Assembly (NCBI GenBank): GCA_038062075.1
Contig: JBBTXY010000019.1
Location: 1-60,687 of the forward strand
DNA length: 60,687 bases
Origin: Patescibacteria group bacterium
GTDB taxonomy: Bacteria; Patescibacteriota; Minisyncoccia; Phycocordibacterales; UBA2100
Direction: 5' to 3'
In this document: positions 60,486 through 60,687 of the stretch, in pieces
Layout: each line of letters opens with the position of its first letter
How positions within the stretch are numbered: the stretch's first letter is position 1
The notes under the pieces: generated by a model
Told to the model about the DNA's origin: nothing
What the model saw: the letters and a program-made list of their open reading frames with translations, nothing else
The model's database searches: none
Made by a program: the position numbers and the translations under genes

Positions 60486-60687
60486 TCAAGCATGCGTTTC
60501 AAACAAATCCTCTCTCGGGAAAAAGAGGGTGTCGGCAATGTCGGTGACATCGGAAAAAAGCATAATAAGGCGATCCACTCCTACTGCGATGCCACCGGCT
60601 TTCGGCATACCGGTTTTAAGCGCTTCGATAAAGTCCATATCTATAGGGTGATCGACTTTCCCTAGACGTTTTCGCTCAAGTGCTTCT
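60486..60687 (-). CDS. class II aminoacyl-tRNA synthetase C-terminus, LysRS-like (partial, 5' end outside the window)
   Basis: Hand translation gives ...DFIEALKTGMPKAGGIAVGVDRLIMLFSDVTDIADTLFFPREDLFETHA*. The GMPxxGGxxxGxDRLxML pattern is motif 3 of the Lys/Asp/Asn class IIb enzymes. Confidence 0.5.
   Translation of the reverse strand, partial: EALERKRLGKVDHPIDMDFIEALKTGMPKAGGIAVGVDRLIMLFSDVTDIADTLFFPREDLFETHA

Overview
60.7-kb, densely coding, mostly GC-rich bacterial chromosomal segment that spans the replication-origin neighbourhood: dnaA-dnaN on the minus strand, rpmH-rnpA-yidC-jag on the plus strand, and an AT-rich region with DnaA boxes between dnaA and dnaN. The gene content (short housekeeping genes, a PrgI/VirB4 cluster, a four-helix-bundle 'IVS protein' gene, many orphan secreted proteins) suggests a small-genome CPR/Patescibacteria-like organism. 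That assignment is inference only. Housekeeping genes recognised from the translations are polA, tsaE, a GspE/PilB ATPase, ruvB, ruvC, yebC, PBP1A, dnaN, dnaA, rpmH (below the ORF-track cutoff), rnpA, yidC, jag, rsmA, a UvrD/PcrA helicase, comM/yifB, pnp, rpsO, FKBP, rarA, xerC/D, xth, cca, yraN, HU, prephenate dehydratase and a LysRS-like 3' fragment. There are four tRNAs: Arg-TCG, Gly-GCC, Pro-TGG and Gly-TCC. Three type II toxin-antitoxin pairs are present (RHH/RelE, Phd/PIN, Phd/MazF). The main finding is a 14.5-kb co-directional operon (21506..35947, minus strand) directly beside the origin genes. It encodes a minimal VirB4 / PrgI(VirB3-like) / TrbC(VirB2-like) / VirB6-like apparatus plus seven unrecognisable secreted or membrane-anchored proteins, and I see no VirD4, relaxase or integrase anywhere in the window. 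Its VirB4 gene carries a 569-aa LAGLIDADG intein inside the Walker A motif, and the operon is interrupted by a four-helix-bundle gene bracketed by AGCTTTCAG-type inverted repeats. An empty copy of that repeat bracket lies next to rpsO. Other notable items: an AT-richer ABC-transporter/TrmB islet bounded by a perfect 64-bp direct repeat of the pilB 3' end; two tandem diverged copies of a three-hairpin element with compensatory stem changes; small inverted-repeat elements sharing CCCGTTAGAA termini; and a possible c-di-AMP-riboswitch-like leader upstream of a LysM-M23 peptidase. No CRISPR array, rRNA gene or transposase was seen.
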